From NCBI GenBank assembly GCA_047495785.1, contig JBLDXI010000006.1, forward strand, positions 186,001-250,000: 64,000 nt of DNA, read 5' to 3'. This document shows positions 12,379 through 24,437 of this stretch, piece after piece. Numbering within the stretch: the stretch's first letter is position 1; each line of letters opens with the position of its first letter. The position numbers and the translations under genes are program-made. The notes beneath the pieces were generated by a model, which did no database searches, was not told the DNA's origin, and saw nothing but the letters and a program-made list of their open reading frames with translations. This DNA is from Lepidodermella squamata (Eukaryota; Animalia; Gastrotricha).

Positions 12379-12726
12379 ATGCTTCATCAACTGTTATTTT
12401 TATCTGTTTTCGTACGCTGTTTTTCAGGCTTTGAGCTGCTATTTGACATCAACGAAGAGCTGGTTTCTCTTGAGCAGCCGCCCACTGTCGAGCCACCCCC
12501 GGTCGTAATTAACCGTTTTTTGGTTAGCAAGCCGTTTTTGAGCTGGAAGAAAGTGAAACTGCAACTGGAGAAGCAACTTGGCGATCAAATGAAGATCGAT
12601 CGAAAAACGCTGAAACTACTGATCAAGCTAATGAGTACCAGGGCGATGAAACGCGTGAAACCCGACAGCAAGCTTCGGAAGATAATGATCGTTGGACAGG
12701 CGCCGGAAATCAAATTCGCCGTCTAA
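12379..12726 (+). CDS. Small secreted orphan protein with an acidic/Pro-rich N-half and Lys/Arg-rich C-half
   Basis: ATG ORF of 115 aa with signal-like MLHQLLFLSVFVRCFSG and a downstream AATAAA at ~12798. Confidence 0.55.
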   Translation: MLHQLLFLSVFVRCFSGFELLFDINEELVSLEQPPTVEPPPVVINRFLVSKPFLSWKKVKLQLEKQLGDQMKIDRKTLKLLIKLMSTRAMKRVKPDSKLRKIMIVGQAPEIKFAV

Positions 12727-13672
12727 CAACCTTCGCATTTTACTTTTCTAGCCTAACAACTAAGAACTACGAACTATGATATTAGGTTCAGAAATGAAAT
12801 AAAACAGCGAAGACTAACTTTATAAGTGTTATACGTCAAATTGGTCGAGTCACAGAGTGAAGTAAGACAACAGAAATGGCTAGGATTAGGACTAAGTTCC
12901 TACTATCCGGCGCTCTCTGAGCCGAGTTTTGAAACCTCGCAAGCTTGATAGTTCAAACCTCAATATGTTCCAGCGATCAATTAATCCTTTACAAGCCTCC
13001 GCATTACGTTGATCAGTTTGAGCAGTGATTCATAATATAATGCGTAATGCGGAGCCAGCGAAATGACCAACGGACCGTAGATAACGAGGCGCATCTATTT
13101 CGGCTAATTGTCTGTGTCCGATTGACAGTTTGCATAGATTAGATTACTTTGCATTAAGACAAACATTTCATGTCCCAATGTTGCTTGATTGATATGGGAA
13201 TAAATGTGCACATTTCCTCCGAATATAACGAGAAACATCCGTGTCTTACAGGCGGAAAACTAGATTAACGGAGGCAATTGTCATTTCAAACCTAATCCAT
13301 ATAATTGATTACTTAGCTACAGTTAATTCAATTTCAGTATTACAGTTTGTGACGCAGCATGATGCTTCAATCAAAGCTGTATTTACTTCGAACCACCTAC
13401 GCCGCCACCTGGAAACGTCTACGTCTGTTTGATGCTCGTGACTGCGTTTCTTGAATTTGATGGCGGAAGTTGGTTCTCTTGATGAAAAATTTCTCTTCCC
13501 CGGACGGCTGAAGCTAAGTGCAGTTATGACAATGTGATGGCGTAGACGGCGCATCCGCTGTTGCAAAATACAAAAAGCTTGAAAAAAATAAACAGATAAG
13601 CCGCTTCATAACATCTATTGCACTATAAAAGCTTGGACTTCGATTGAATTATCAATACAATTGTTGCCAAAA

Positions 13673-16168
13673 ATGTGGGAAGTGATTATTTTACTCATAT
13701 CAAGCTGTGGCGTTATGTTATGCTCGAAGCAATTTACCTTGAAGATACCGATGAATGCCCCGATAGGCGGTCCTGTGAATCCTATGGGGGCTGTTTGCAC
13801 TGAGGCTGTAACGATGGCTTTAGACGCTATCAATTCAAGCCCTGACATTCTGCCTAACTACAAAATCCAAATTGACATGGGCGATGATCAGTGCCTATCA
13901 ACTGCCGCGCAGGAAATGAGCCTAAACTTTTACAACAACCTGAAACCGGTTGTTCCAAGCGCGAAAGTTTTCGGCAATCTAACCCTGCCACTTCGGACAA
14001 ATTTCTCCGGCGAAGCTTATGTTCCTCCTATATTTTTAGGAGGACTATGCTCCCCTACATGCAAAACAGCATCAAGGTTACCACAGCACTTCGGGTTCAT
14101 GAATATTCTTATCGGTTGCACTGAGCCTCAGTTTACGAATCGCAAGCTGTACCCGAACTTCTATCGATTCGCCCCATCTTTCGTTGAAGTTGAGAAATTT
14201 CGAGCTAAGCTGATGCTCTACCTCGGCTGGAATCGCATGGGCTATCTAGCAGATGCTGTTCAAACAACTTATGACGACGCCATCTATTTCGCGAAGGCAA
14301 TCCTCGGGGCTGGGAAGAAAGTAGCTGCGGAGGAGTTTTACATGGACGACGCGGGTATGTTTGAATCCCTAGCTAGGATGAAAGCAGCTGATGTCAGGGT
14401 AATCTACGGCAACTGTTACGTCAATTTCTGCCCAGCTATGGCATGTGAGGCTTACCGAAAAGGCCTATGGGGGCCTAACGTAGTTTGGATCTTCAATTCA
14501 TGGATTGATGTAGTCAACGGAATTCTCCCACCAGGCTGCACGAGAAGAATGGTCCAGGAATTTGCGGAGTATTCGCTGTACATCGGACCCGACTTTATGG
14601 CGAATTCTCAGCCTAGGAGCTACAAAACTGAAATAGGCATAACTTTCAAGCAGTTTGATGATTACCTATCCACGAAAGTGCCTAACCTTGAGACCCATCC
14701 AGCGTTTTCTTGGCGAATCATTTGCTTCGATGACGTTCTCATCGGAGCCAAAATCCTTCACAACGCCGAACTGGAATTAAACGAACGTAACGAGACGCTG
14801 AAAGACATAATCCGAGATGAGAGAAGGAAAGGAGAGTTAACCGACCTTATTCGCGAGAAGTCTATGACGGTCGAAGCTAACGGAATTTATGGTAACGCCG
14901 CGTTTCTACCCGGAGGTGATGAAGCGATAAATCCGCCACTTATTGTCGAACAGCTGTTCGAGGGCATCCGAAGCACGGTTTTGATCACTAGAAATCGAAG
15001 CATTACAGATCCACAGAAATATTTCGAAAAAATGGCACCGTTGAGATGGAAGAAAGCCAAGCCGAATACGGAACCTCTTGTCGCTCATAGGAAGAACGTT
15101 GTCGCGAGTCAAACTGTCAGTGGGTTGATAGCTGCAACAGCGATTATCGTCTGCCTAAAATGGTTCCTACAACTCGTTGGATTCATGCTCAAGGTCACAA
15201 ACACCTTTGATACCTTGATATGCCTGGGCTCCACTATGATGGCTACTGCTGTGTTGATTCACCCGATTGAAGGCTCGAATCTTCGGGGGTTGGGTATCTT
15301 TTGTACTGCAGTCGGTCCCCTGACCATTTTCGGCTTTGGTCTGATAACAACAGCGATTGCAGTGAAGCTATGGAGCTATCGTTACGTTGAGGCGGAAAGG
15401 AATACACCACTCCACAAAGCGATGATTGTCGTTGCGTTGTTGATTGAAGCCTGTTTAGTTCAGACTTGGTATCTCGGAGAATCAAAACCCCAAGCTTCAA
15501 TGATTTCGAAAACGTACTACGAGGCTGAAATTGACACTGTGTGGAATGAGCACACCTACTTGTGCACTTTCATCGATGAGGATACTAGCCCAAAAGCAGC
15601 TTTGGCTCTCCTTGGTTTTCAAGGTCTCCTTCTGACTGTAGCATTAATTCTATCGATTAGCTCCACTCGGAGACGAGGAAGGCAATCCTCATCAGGCCGT
15701 ACAACTTTTAAAACAAGGCTTAGGGCTCAGCCTAGAACAACCAGAGTTCGGCCACGAGTTAACCCTTCTTCTGCTGGTGAAATGGGGAGTAACACCAAGT
15801 TAACTTTGGAAGATTTTCTCTTGAATCAGGAGGTCAAAAACACGGCATTAGCTCTATACATACCGACATCTCTGCTTCTCCTATGCGCTTTTGCCTACTC
15901 AGTATTTGCTGATTCGCCAGCTGGCTTAATTGGAACTCTCTCAGCATTCACATTAGTTACATCGGTGTCGATGACCTTCATCCTGCAATGGCGCACGATC
16001 AAAGTCTCAATGTGGAAAATGGGCTACAAACGATTTGAGATGAACAACTTTATGACGGCTAACGAGGGAAGGATAGAATCTATCGATCGCAGCTCTTCTA
16101 TTTTGTCTGGTGGGAACCTTGGCGGAATCAGCACTGGAAATATGTTTCCGAGAGATAATGACCAGTAA
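13673..16168 (+). CDS. Intronless class C GPCR, GABA-B-like
   Basis: Signal peptide MWEVIILLISSCGVMLC; VFT motifs MALDAINSSPDILPNYKI, DDQC and FTNRKLYPNFYRF; C-terminal 7TM. Confidence 0.88.
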   Translation: MWEVIILLISSCGVMLCSKQFTLKIPMNAPIGGPVNPMGAVCTEAVTMALDAINSSPDILPNYKIQIDMGDDQCLSTAAQEMSLNFYNNLKPVVPSAKVFGNLTLPLRTNFSGEAYVPPIFLGGLCSPTCKTASRLPQHFGFMNILIGCTEPQFTNRKLYPNFYRFAPSFVEVEKFRAKLMLYLGWNRMGYLADAVQTTYDDAIYFAKAILGAGKKVAAEEFYMDDAGMFESLARMKAADVRVIYGNCYVNFCPAMACEAYRKGLWGPNVVWIFNSWIDVVNGILPPGCTRRMVQEFAEYSLYIGPDFMANSQPRSYKTEIGITFKQFDDYLSTKVPNLETHPAFSWRIICFDDVLIGAKILHNAELELNERNETLKDIIRDERRKGELTDLIREKSMTVEANGIYGNAAFLPGGDEAINPPLIVEQLFEGIRSTVLITRNRSITDPQKYFEKMAPLRWKKAKPNTEPLVAHRKNVVASQTVSGLIAATAIIVCLKWFLQLVGFMLKVTNTFDTLICLGSTMMATAVLIHPIEGSNLRGLGIFCTAVGPLTIFGFGLITTAIAVKLWSYRYVEAERNTPLHKAMIVVALLIEACLVQTWYLGESKPQASMISKTYYEAEIDTVWNEHTYLCTFIDEDTSPKAALALLGFQGLLLTVALILSISSTRRRGRQSSSGRTTFKTRLRAQPRTTRVRPRVNPSSAGEMGSNTKLTLEDFLLNQEVKNTALALYIPTSLLLLCAFAYSVFADSPAGLIGTLSAFTLVTSVSMTFILQWRTIKVSMWKMGYKRFEMNNFMTANEGRIESIDRSSSILSGGNLGGISTGNMFPRDNDQ

Positions 16169-17488
16169 CTGACAGACAGTCGAGTTTTACATATAAGTAC
16201 TTATGTCTTAATATCAGCCGTTTGCTACTGTCCTTCGGTAAAACGTTGTTCCAGTCATTTCGCTCAATTTTGAGAATTTTTATTATAATTTCAAAATTCA
16301 CGATTCTCAGTCAATGAAATAGATTCTGGCTATCCCAAACGTAGATTGAAAGACGATCTGAGAAAGTTGAGTGTTGACGTCCTAAATGGAACTATTTTAT
16401 CAAGTTCTCACAGGAAAATTGCTCGTATCCCGATAGCATTGAAGCAAAATGAAAATATACGCCTGTGATTTCAGAAGAAAGTGACTCATAATGTGTGGGT
16501 AATTTTACACCGCGCCACATCCTCGCCAATTTCTCTATTTTTCAATTTGTCCGTTGCAAGGCCTGCGTGTGACTAAGTACATTTCGCCAAGCTTTCCTTT
16601 TCTGTTCATGCCGCCTCTGATCATGGCCGATGACCAAACATTAAAATTCAGTCTTACTGTTAAACACGCGTACGCCAGTATGAAACCTGAGGCTGCGAAC
16701 AATTAAAGGAATTTTGCCGGACGTGGGAAATGTCAATCCGTGAGAATAAGTGGGATTGTAAGCGGAAAGTCGGGTTCCGTTGACAGGAAGACGTCTGTTT
16801 TTAAGATATACCAATGTTTTTCAACGGGTCTAATTACTTAGGAACGCGGCGTGAAAATCAATTTGAAAATCCTGAAAACGTCAGTCACTACGGCTGAACG
16901 GATCGAATGAGTTTGAAAAGCTTATATTTCAAATGGAATAACACCTTATCGAAACCTAGATCGCTGCAATTAAATGAAATCTGATTCGACAAGCTAAACA
17001 TTAAAGATTAAAAGCTTTCCAGGACCTCCAGGAAATCATATGCTTGGAGAATTTCACGTGACGATGCCCGAATCCAGGCCTTGAAAATGACATTTTTAGT
17101 TCTGACTGATGAGCAATTTATTCAACTCTGAAAGATTTTCTGCAATCATTTCAATTTCGTCAAGTTTCGCATCCACGGATTTCCGTCAGAAATCATTGAT
17201 GAGTTGGAGACGTGTGGTTATTTGAAAAATCAAATAAAAGAACCGAATCACCCCTGGTAAACCAGGGCAAACAATAGTTTACCTTGTAATAGCGTTAAAA
17301 ATAATGGCGTAGTAAATTAAAGCATGTTTTCGTGGTAAAAAGCGTAGGTGAAAGGCTCGTGTATGTACAAGCTGGAAGACACTGCTGGCACATGTTTACT
17401 ACGCCAGTATAACAATGGCTACCTACAGCCGGTCGCTTCGAGTAATGCTGCTGTGCTCACTGGCAAGGCAACACAAATTAATTGAAAG

Positions 17489-18289
17489 ATGCTCTTTAAT
17501 CTACTAATTCTACTAGTTTCTTCAGCTGCGGTTATCGCAACGGAAGATGACGGCTACTGCAGGGTGGACGATAAGGACTCCTGCTCAGGCTCAGACAAGG
17601 TGAAAATCTCCTCGAAAACCACCGGTATCCACGACGCCCCTAGATACGTGCTCGATGGCCTGCTTACCGATGAACAATGCAAACGCTTCATCGAATTCAA
17701 CGACAAATTCGGCGAATACGGCGGTAACTTCGCTAAGCACCTCCTTAAACGCAGCGGTTCGCCCTACACAGCGCACGAGACCTTCAAAAGCTACGAGCTG
17801 AAGCACATCGAAGCTGAAGCAAAGCGCTCGAAAAAGTCGAAAGTCACGAAAAAGGACGTTGAAAAGTTCAAGGAAATCGTATCAAGCTCAGTTGCTCATT
17901 CTTCAAAGTTATTCGGCCGACCTCTCGACCTAGACTACGCTGCTGTGATTTGCCGAGAGGCTATCGAAGACGACATGGCGACTCGAGATATCACGAAAGA
18001 CATCAGCCATGTTGTTCATACAGATAACTGCTACAACCTACCGAACGGCGACTGCATTGTCGCTGCTAATTTAGCCCATCGCAATGTTTCTTCTGTTTTG
18101 TACTTGAATGACGATTTCGATGGTGGCGAGTTCTTCTTCACAAAGGGCGTACGAGTTCCGGCTGAAATGTCTGTGAAACCAGCCTGCGGCCGTATCGTAA
18201 TTTTCGATTCGCGCGAGTATCATGGCGTTTCGGCTGTGACTAAAGGAAAACGCTGCGCAATTGCTATGTGGTATAAACTCGCTGTTTAA
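17489..18289 (+). CDS. Secreted 2OG-Fe(II) dioxygenase resembling the prolyl 3-hydroxylase (leprecan) catalytic domain
   Basis: Signal peptide; SHVVHTDNC (HxD), SSVLYLNDDFDGGEFFF, KPACGR and HGVSAVTKGKRCAIAMW match the P3H C-terminal domain pattern. Confidence 0.82.
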   Translation: MLFNLLILLVSSAAVIATEDDGYCRVDDKDSCSGSDKVKISSKTTGIHDAPRYVLDGLLTDEQCKRFIEFNDKFGEYGGNFAKHLLKRSGSPYTAHETFKSYELKHIEAEAKRSKKSKVTKKDVEKFKEIVSSSVAHSSKLFGRPLDLDYAAVICREAIEDDMATRDITKDISHVVHTDNCYNLPNGDCIVAANLAHRNVSSVLYLNDDFDGGEFFFTKGVRVPAEMSVKPACGRIVIFDSREYHGVSAVTKGKRCAIAMWYKLAV

Positions 18290-18361
18290 ATTATTCAGAA
18301 AATAAACACTTTAAATTATTTAAAACGTCGTGTTTCTATCATCTGTTGTTATAGTCAGTCC

Positions 18362-20931
18362 TTAGTCACTAAGCCGCACTTCGCATATGAACCAATGAAA
18401 GAATGTGCAGGCGTGCGCCTTCCAATATCCCGTATTCGCTGCCCAAATGAGCCCGCAATATGGTGACCCTGTTGCGAATGGCTCACCGCTCTGCCAATAA
18501 CGTAAGGAAAAATTGTCCCCGTTCGACCATGCCCATGAATTCTGGGAACTGTTCCAGTTGATACCAATCCAGTAGCCGAATTCAGGCCGGATGCTCTGCT
18601 CTTTAAATCGCAAAATTTGCAAAATTGAGAATGAAAACTTGAGTTTTACCTCCAAAAGAGTTCACAACACTCATCAGATACTTTTGCTCTTCTGAGTCGG
18701 CGATAGCAGCCAGATAACCCCCGTTCGCTTTGCATATCGATTGAGCTGTGTTGAACTGCCGTGGAAACCTGTACAACGTGTAGCAGCTTCCTTTGTAAAA
18801 ATAGCGACACCCTTAAAAAGAGCTATTCAATTCGTTAACTATTCTTGAATAGGGATCACTAACATTCATGTTGGTCAATTTGGCAAATCGGATTCGCCAA
18901 AACATCCATGCCTTCGACAGTCCAATAATACGAATCGGCTTGAGTATTTGTCGCTGATATCAATGCATAGGGTCGAGTGTAGTCGACAAACGACTGTGAA
19001 TCGGCCCAGTCGCTTTCGGCTAATTTGAAATATATTGAATAAACAAACTTTAAGGTGGCAGTTTGCAACTCACGGCACATAGGAATGTCGCAAGCTTCAG
19101 AAGTTCCGTTGTCCAACCGGAAGCACCAAGGACGCGAAATGATGTTCGGGTCGGGATTCCTGCAGTATGAATGAGATTTGTGCAGGTCTGACAGCATTCT
19201 CTCACCATAAGCGCTTGTCGACCACGAACGACATTGTGCCCCACTTGCTGTTTTGTCCTGATCACCCATGTACTCCCGGCCAGTCGTGGTAAAGCGGCAA
19301 TTCCGTGGAAAAGTTGGAGTTACCGCTGGAAAAGAAAGAGGTTTGAAAAAATCAGCGGATTTTGTTTTGAAATATACGAAATTCGCAGACTGTCGCGACA
19401 GCTCCGGTGCAGCCAGCATCGTTAAGGCTGACGTATGGCATCCGAACCTGGTCATTGAACAGCCCCCACGTCATCACGCAGTTTTCGAGTGCACCTCCAT
19501 TCGGTTCAGGCGCTATGAATGGCCATCTGTCGTAAATTGGATTATCCAGGTTTATTTGATCTGCAGACGTTTTCCAAGAGCCCTCAGAACCTGCATCGGT
19601 CTACAAAGAAGGTTTGTGTTTAACGATGCTTAATGTCGTGATTAGTTTTCTTACTAAATCAAGCCAAACGCATCCAAGGCGACGGTGAATGTGGTAAAGT
19701 ATGCTAGCCTTCAACTGGCCATCCACTGGCATTACCAATTTTCCGCCCAAATTGCGACACCACTGGTTTGCAGCAGTGAAACCCATTGCATTACCTTTTC
19801 CCGCAACGATGCACAAATCGCGATAACGCATCCCCATCGGGCAGGAATGATCTCGAATGTCGAAGGTATCCATGGAAACGCAATTGGTACAACTAGCGGG
19901 CGAGTAGCTTGTCGATCGTCGAATCGAGCACTGAAGCGTGTCGTTGAAGAAAACGGCGAGAACTCCGTCAGAAAACATTCTCTTGATTTGTTGACACTGG
20001 TAAGCACTGTTAACATTTTTATACAGGGCGATTTGCGTCCCTGGGGTGTTACTTGAGCTAGAAGCCATCGGCCGCCCTCCTTTAAAAATAAGATCTATTA
20101 ATTGCTTAATCAAGCGAGAACTTATTTACGCCTAGTTGTTTTGATGTAAAACCAGGTTTCATCGCTAGGCGCGTTGGCATTTTCATTTGGGTAACACATC
20201 CGAGTTTTAAGGCTGCAGTTGCGAGAAGCGTGGTTGTACACGAATCCAGTACAGCGATCTTTGAAAGCCGTATCGCAAAGGTTGGCACATTTGTCCAAGT
20301 TGGCTGATACATACGAAATGTCATTCCCAGGACAAGTGCCGCGATAGCCTTTGTAACCAGGCACTTCATCGACAGCTCTCGGCCAAAACACGTTGTCATA
20401 CAGCGAGTAGCCAGTCCACCACTTCGAAACATTTGGATAGTTGCTACGAATTATTTCGTAAAGATTATCCCTTTGGTTCGCAGATTTGAAGGTAACTAGC
20501 TCGGACGACAGCCTCTCTTCGCATTGAGACCAAGCGTTCTTCCAATCAACTGACGCTGAGCCTTGTAGGAAGTAGCATTTCTTGTTCTGAAAGTCCGGCA
20601 ACCAACCATCTGGGCAGAATCGCTTTTTGTAATACATCTGATGCTTATCAATAGGATCGGGCTGCAAGCTCGGCAGAGGTTTGGCTAATCCTGTATGGTA
20701 GTACAGCTTGCATGATCGCAGTGAAGAGCTGAAAGCTACACTTGAACACCTGTTCTCGCCCTTCATCAAACAGTAAACGAAACACTCCCCGGTTAGATCA
20801 GCTTGAAACACGTGTGTTGGGGCTAGGTTGGCCGGGATCATATTCACAAGGCTGCTATCGGTGAGGAACTCGTCCTCGGCAGCGAACGATAACCCAATTT
20901 GGATTATTAGGGATAGAATACAAGCTCGCAT
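18362..20931 (-). CDS. Secreted mosaic: PAN - partial C-type lectin - PAN - PAN - C-type lectin - kringle - C-type lectin
   Basis: Signal peptide MRACILSLIIQIGLSFA; PAN Cys patterns; CTL motifs (CPDGW..CY, EPNGG..ENC, WIGINW..W.W.NG..YW..GEP); kringle YCRNPD..RPWCF. Pieces are joined by short introns whose junctions were not all phase-checked. Confidence 0.8.
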
Positions 20932-21221
20932 GTTAAATTTTACTGTTTGATCCAACTGGAAGAAAGTTCTTTTTTATCATACTTTGTCTGGTTTTTCATA
21001 TTTAACATTTAATGAGATACTCTTTCCTATGAAACGATGTTGCCTTTTGTTTTTAGTCTGCTTTTGTCTGACTGAATAGTTAATGAGTTTCCTGCTCAAA
21101 ATAGACCCTTGCTTGTTTGACTTTTGCTTTCAAGATGCTAAAGTGTGTTTTCTTCGCTTAGATCGATGAACAAAAAGTCAACCTTAATGGAAAATTGCCC
21201 GAAACGATTTATTATTCTTGT

Positions 21222-23693
21222 TCACAAAGGTAGAGGGGTTGTTTTTCGATACGCCATTCTTTCCCAGCCCGTTCTAACCAACGGGTAGAAAAACGTGAAT
21301 GACGTCACAGCCGACATAGCTAGACACCCGAATGCGATAACAATTTGCTGTTTAACAGGCGATTGTACAACAACGATGACTAAAATTGTCGCCATTAACA
21401 AAATGGCTGCGTTGTTAGTCGCGTATTTGATGCAGAGGTGCTCGGGGCACTCGACATACCGCGCAGTTTGGCTAATTTGATACAAGCACAGGACAGCTAC
21501 GCCTAGGATTAGCAGATGTAAGAAGCTGATGGCGAGCACCCACGCTAGGTTGTGCTTCGACCGGCAATACGCAACCGATGTTTCGATGTAGGTATCAATT
21601 TCAGGAAAATAAGCCGTCTCATCTTCGACCAGGGTTTTAAAGCATTTCAGCGGATCACACAACAGCCAAATACCGACGATGATCACCTTGATAACAATGA
21701 ATCCTACCGCCCCTCCAGCGGCGACTTTATCGGTTTCTAGCAGGATATTACCGGGCATACGAACCGGGCCGCAAGAGGTGTCTGGCCGTTCCTCGGGGCT
21801 CTGAACCCTTAGAATGGTCAAATCTTGCGGCAAAACTGGCACCGGGTTAACCAGGATTACACTGTTCCTAGGCGGCGGGAAGGCTAATCGGAACTTTGTT
21901 GTTACTCGATCAGCCGGTTTCCGTTTCAGCTCGGTCATATGCATGGTAGGGAGGTTGCGTATCTGAAAATTCCGCATCTCCCCCGATACAGTTAGCACTC
22001 TCAAAGCAAGTATGCTGTAGACAAATTCCAGACCGGAAGCGAGTGACACAATGCGTAGGACCCAAGATTGGAATGGAGCTACTGAAGTCGGCATGGCGAA
22101 TGCGACAGCAGCTGCGTCAAGTAACAGACACCCGACGTAGCCGAGGCACTTCGAGCGTGGGAAATAAAATTCTTCCTTCCGTCGTAACCGCAATGTCACG
22201 AAAAGTGACGCAAGCTGCAGCAGACCTAGAGCGATCGAGATCGAGTAAACTGACTTGAAAATGTCCTCCCCAACCTCCGTAGTCACATTCAAAACCCGAC
22301 GCCTGTCATTAGGCGGTTTCCCCTTCCAATCAGTCCAGTTGAATCTCATGTTTGAAACTGAGATAAAATTGCGAAATTCACTCGCATCCGTATCTGACTT
22401 GTGCAGAGTCTTTTGAATGGAGAATAAAGACCTCGTCTTAGGGTTGTAGTAAGATATTGTTCCACCATCCGCATTCAACTGGCCGTATTTGTTGTACCTC
22501 AAAGGGCCGATTCTCAGGCCATTAACCGTGGAATTTGCAAGGGTTTCATTCACAATTCTCGCAATAACATTAGGTTGTTTCGGGTAATCTCTGAGAGATA
22601 AATTTCGAGAATTCAATACCTTCTCCGACTGGTCGAGGGTAATGAGGCCTTTAAGGACTGTATCATGACAAAGAACTCGGAAATCGTAATCACCTGGCCT
22701 GGAGTAATTAAGGTAATTACGATCGAGATAATCGTCAAATTGCCTCATCGTGTAATTAAGATGGCTTTTTACGCCATCGTCATAGCTCATTAGCAATGGT
22801 CCGACCCAAAATACGTATTTAAATTGTTCGAGAATCGTCGCGCGTGGGCAACCGGGTAAAACAGGGTCTGGTAGCTGCGCCGGATCTATGAAAACCACCG
22901 AGTTAACAATGAAAGCATAGCGAGGGCCTTTCAGGCCGTATTTATGGGCAAAACATAAAAATCCATAGATTAGCCGATCGGTCGACATGTAACTAACAAT
23001 GATTCGAGCATCACTCGCAATTAGACCAAGCATTGAATCTTCGTCAACCTCGAGTACAACATTGAAATACGAAATTTCGATTGAATTAGCAACGGCAGCT
23101 CTTTGAAGCACCAAAGCTGTAGTGTAGTCGTTAACATTCCCAGCATTTGTTAAAACAGCTATCTTTCGCCATGTGGGGATGTCTTTCAGAAAATGAACAA
23201 TAGTAAAAGCCAGGGTATTGCCGCCAGATAGCATTAGGTTCAAATTCGGGAATCTGTTCCGATCTAGAAGAATCGGAGCCGCGCATAAACTGCTAATTTC
23301 AACTTTGTTAAGGTGGTGTAAAATCGGCCCAACTGCCTTGCAGCCAGTCGATAGGTAAGGCCCGAGAACTATAGGGCTCTCATAGGTATTGTTCGACGCA
23401 TTTCCAAGCTCAAAAGTCCGGCCGAACTCGATGACGTGTCTCGGAGGCAATAGACCAAAACCCTCGTCTTCAAACGTCATTTCGACGGTAAAATCAGGCA
23501 AAATTTCGGCGTTTTGGTTGATTTTTGCGACGACGAAATCAGCTGCAGCTCGACACGCCTTGCCATTGTCCACCTTCAGCCCGCCGTATTGAACAATGTT
23601 CAGTATTTTAAGAATATTTGGCTTCACCAACTTGGACTCGGTAGCAGAGACATTTAAAACAAAAATTGGAAAGATTACAAAAAATATAAGCAT
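21222..23693 (-). CDS. Intronless class C GPCR, GABA-B-like
   Basis: 823-aa ORF with signal peptide, VFT motifs (KINQNAEILPDF, LLDRNRFPNL) and 7TM (WLLCDPL...YCRS). Shares lineage motifs with 2766-5126 (FLCFAH..G..GP.Y.F). Confidence 0.88.
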   Translation of the reverse strand: MLIFFVIFPIFVLNVSATESKLVKPNILKILNIVQYGGLKVDNGKACRAAADFVVAKINQNAEILPDFTVEMTFEDEGFGLLPPRHVIEFGRTFELGNASNNTYESPIVLGPYLSTGCKAVGPILHHLNKVEISSLCAAPILLDRNRFPNLNLMLSGGNTLAFTIVHFLKDIPTWRKIAVLTNAGNVNDYTTALVLQRAAVANSIEISYFNVVLEVDEDSMLGLIASDARIIVSYMSTDRLIYGFLCFAHKYGLKGPRYAFIVNSVVFIDPAQLPDPVLPGCPRATILEQFKYVFWVGPLLMSYDDGVKSHLNYTMRQFDDYLDRNYLNYSRPGDYDFRVLCHDTVLKGLITLDQSEKVLNSRNLSLRDYPKQPNVIARIVNETLANSTVNGLRIGPLRYNKYGQLNADGGTISYYNPKTRSLFSIQKTLHKSDTDASEFRNFISVSNMRFNWTDWKGKPPNDRRRVLNVTTEVGEDIFKSVYSISIALGLLQLASLFVTLRLRRKEEFYFPRSKCLGYVGCLLLDAAAVAFAMPTSVAPFQSWVLRIVSLASGLEFVYSILALRVLTVSGEMRNFQIRNLPTMHMTELKRKPADRVTTKFRLAFPPPRNSVILVNPVPVLPQDLTILRVQSPEERPDTSCGPVRMPGNILLETDKVAAGGAVGFIVIKVIIVGIWLLCDPLKCFKTLVEDETAYFPEIDTYIETSVAYCRSKHNLAWVLAISFLHLLILGVAVLCLYQISQTARYVECPEHLCIKYATNNAAILLMATILVIVVVQSPVKQQIVIAFGCLAMSAVTSFTFFYPLVRTGWERMAYRKTTPLPL

Positions 23694-24437
23694 AAAATAC
23701 TAGGCGTTAGCTACTGAGTGTTTTGAATATGTGCGCCCTGAATTCTAAAACCTTGTGCTTTTCGATTGCTTCGTGCTTCCTGAGGTGAAACCTGATTCCT
23801 TTCCGATATTTTTCCCAGTCTCGATCTCGCGAGGCGTGTTTGACGCGATGCAGCTCATTAGTTTTAATCGACTTATTCACTTTGGATCTTGAAGAACTGC
23901 TACCCGAGCTTAGGTCATTCAGACAGGGGGAAATAGTAGGACATATGAGTCATTATAAGACATCAGACACCGCAAGGCTTTGACGCATGGAATACTCCTC
24001 AACAGAAAACTGGTTAGAGTATAAGTATTTTACTTCCTTTCAATAACATAGACAATAAAGAGCGCAATAAAAGTGTAAGATAACACACTAGAAAAGAGCG
24101 ACTCATGCGAACAACTTGAATGTCCAATCTAGGACAAAAGGACAGGCGAGAATCTTTCATTGTCACGTTATTATACGCAGAAAGCTGAAAGAATGCATCA
24201 TCAATGCGAAAAGGAAATCAATCAACGGTGAAGCTCAGTTGTTTACAATTGAAATTTTGCTTAGTCAAAAACATATATCAAATAGTTTCATTTTTCTGTT
24301 ATTCAATTGTAAACAACTGGGGATATCCGGGGTTGCATTAGCTGATCAAAGCGAGCCCCTCCTCCGAAAACACCGACATTGATTTTACTAAAAATATTAC
24401 TAGATTCGGGAATAGCGTACAGGACATGGCTCCCGCG

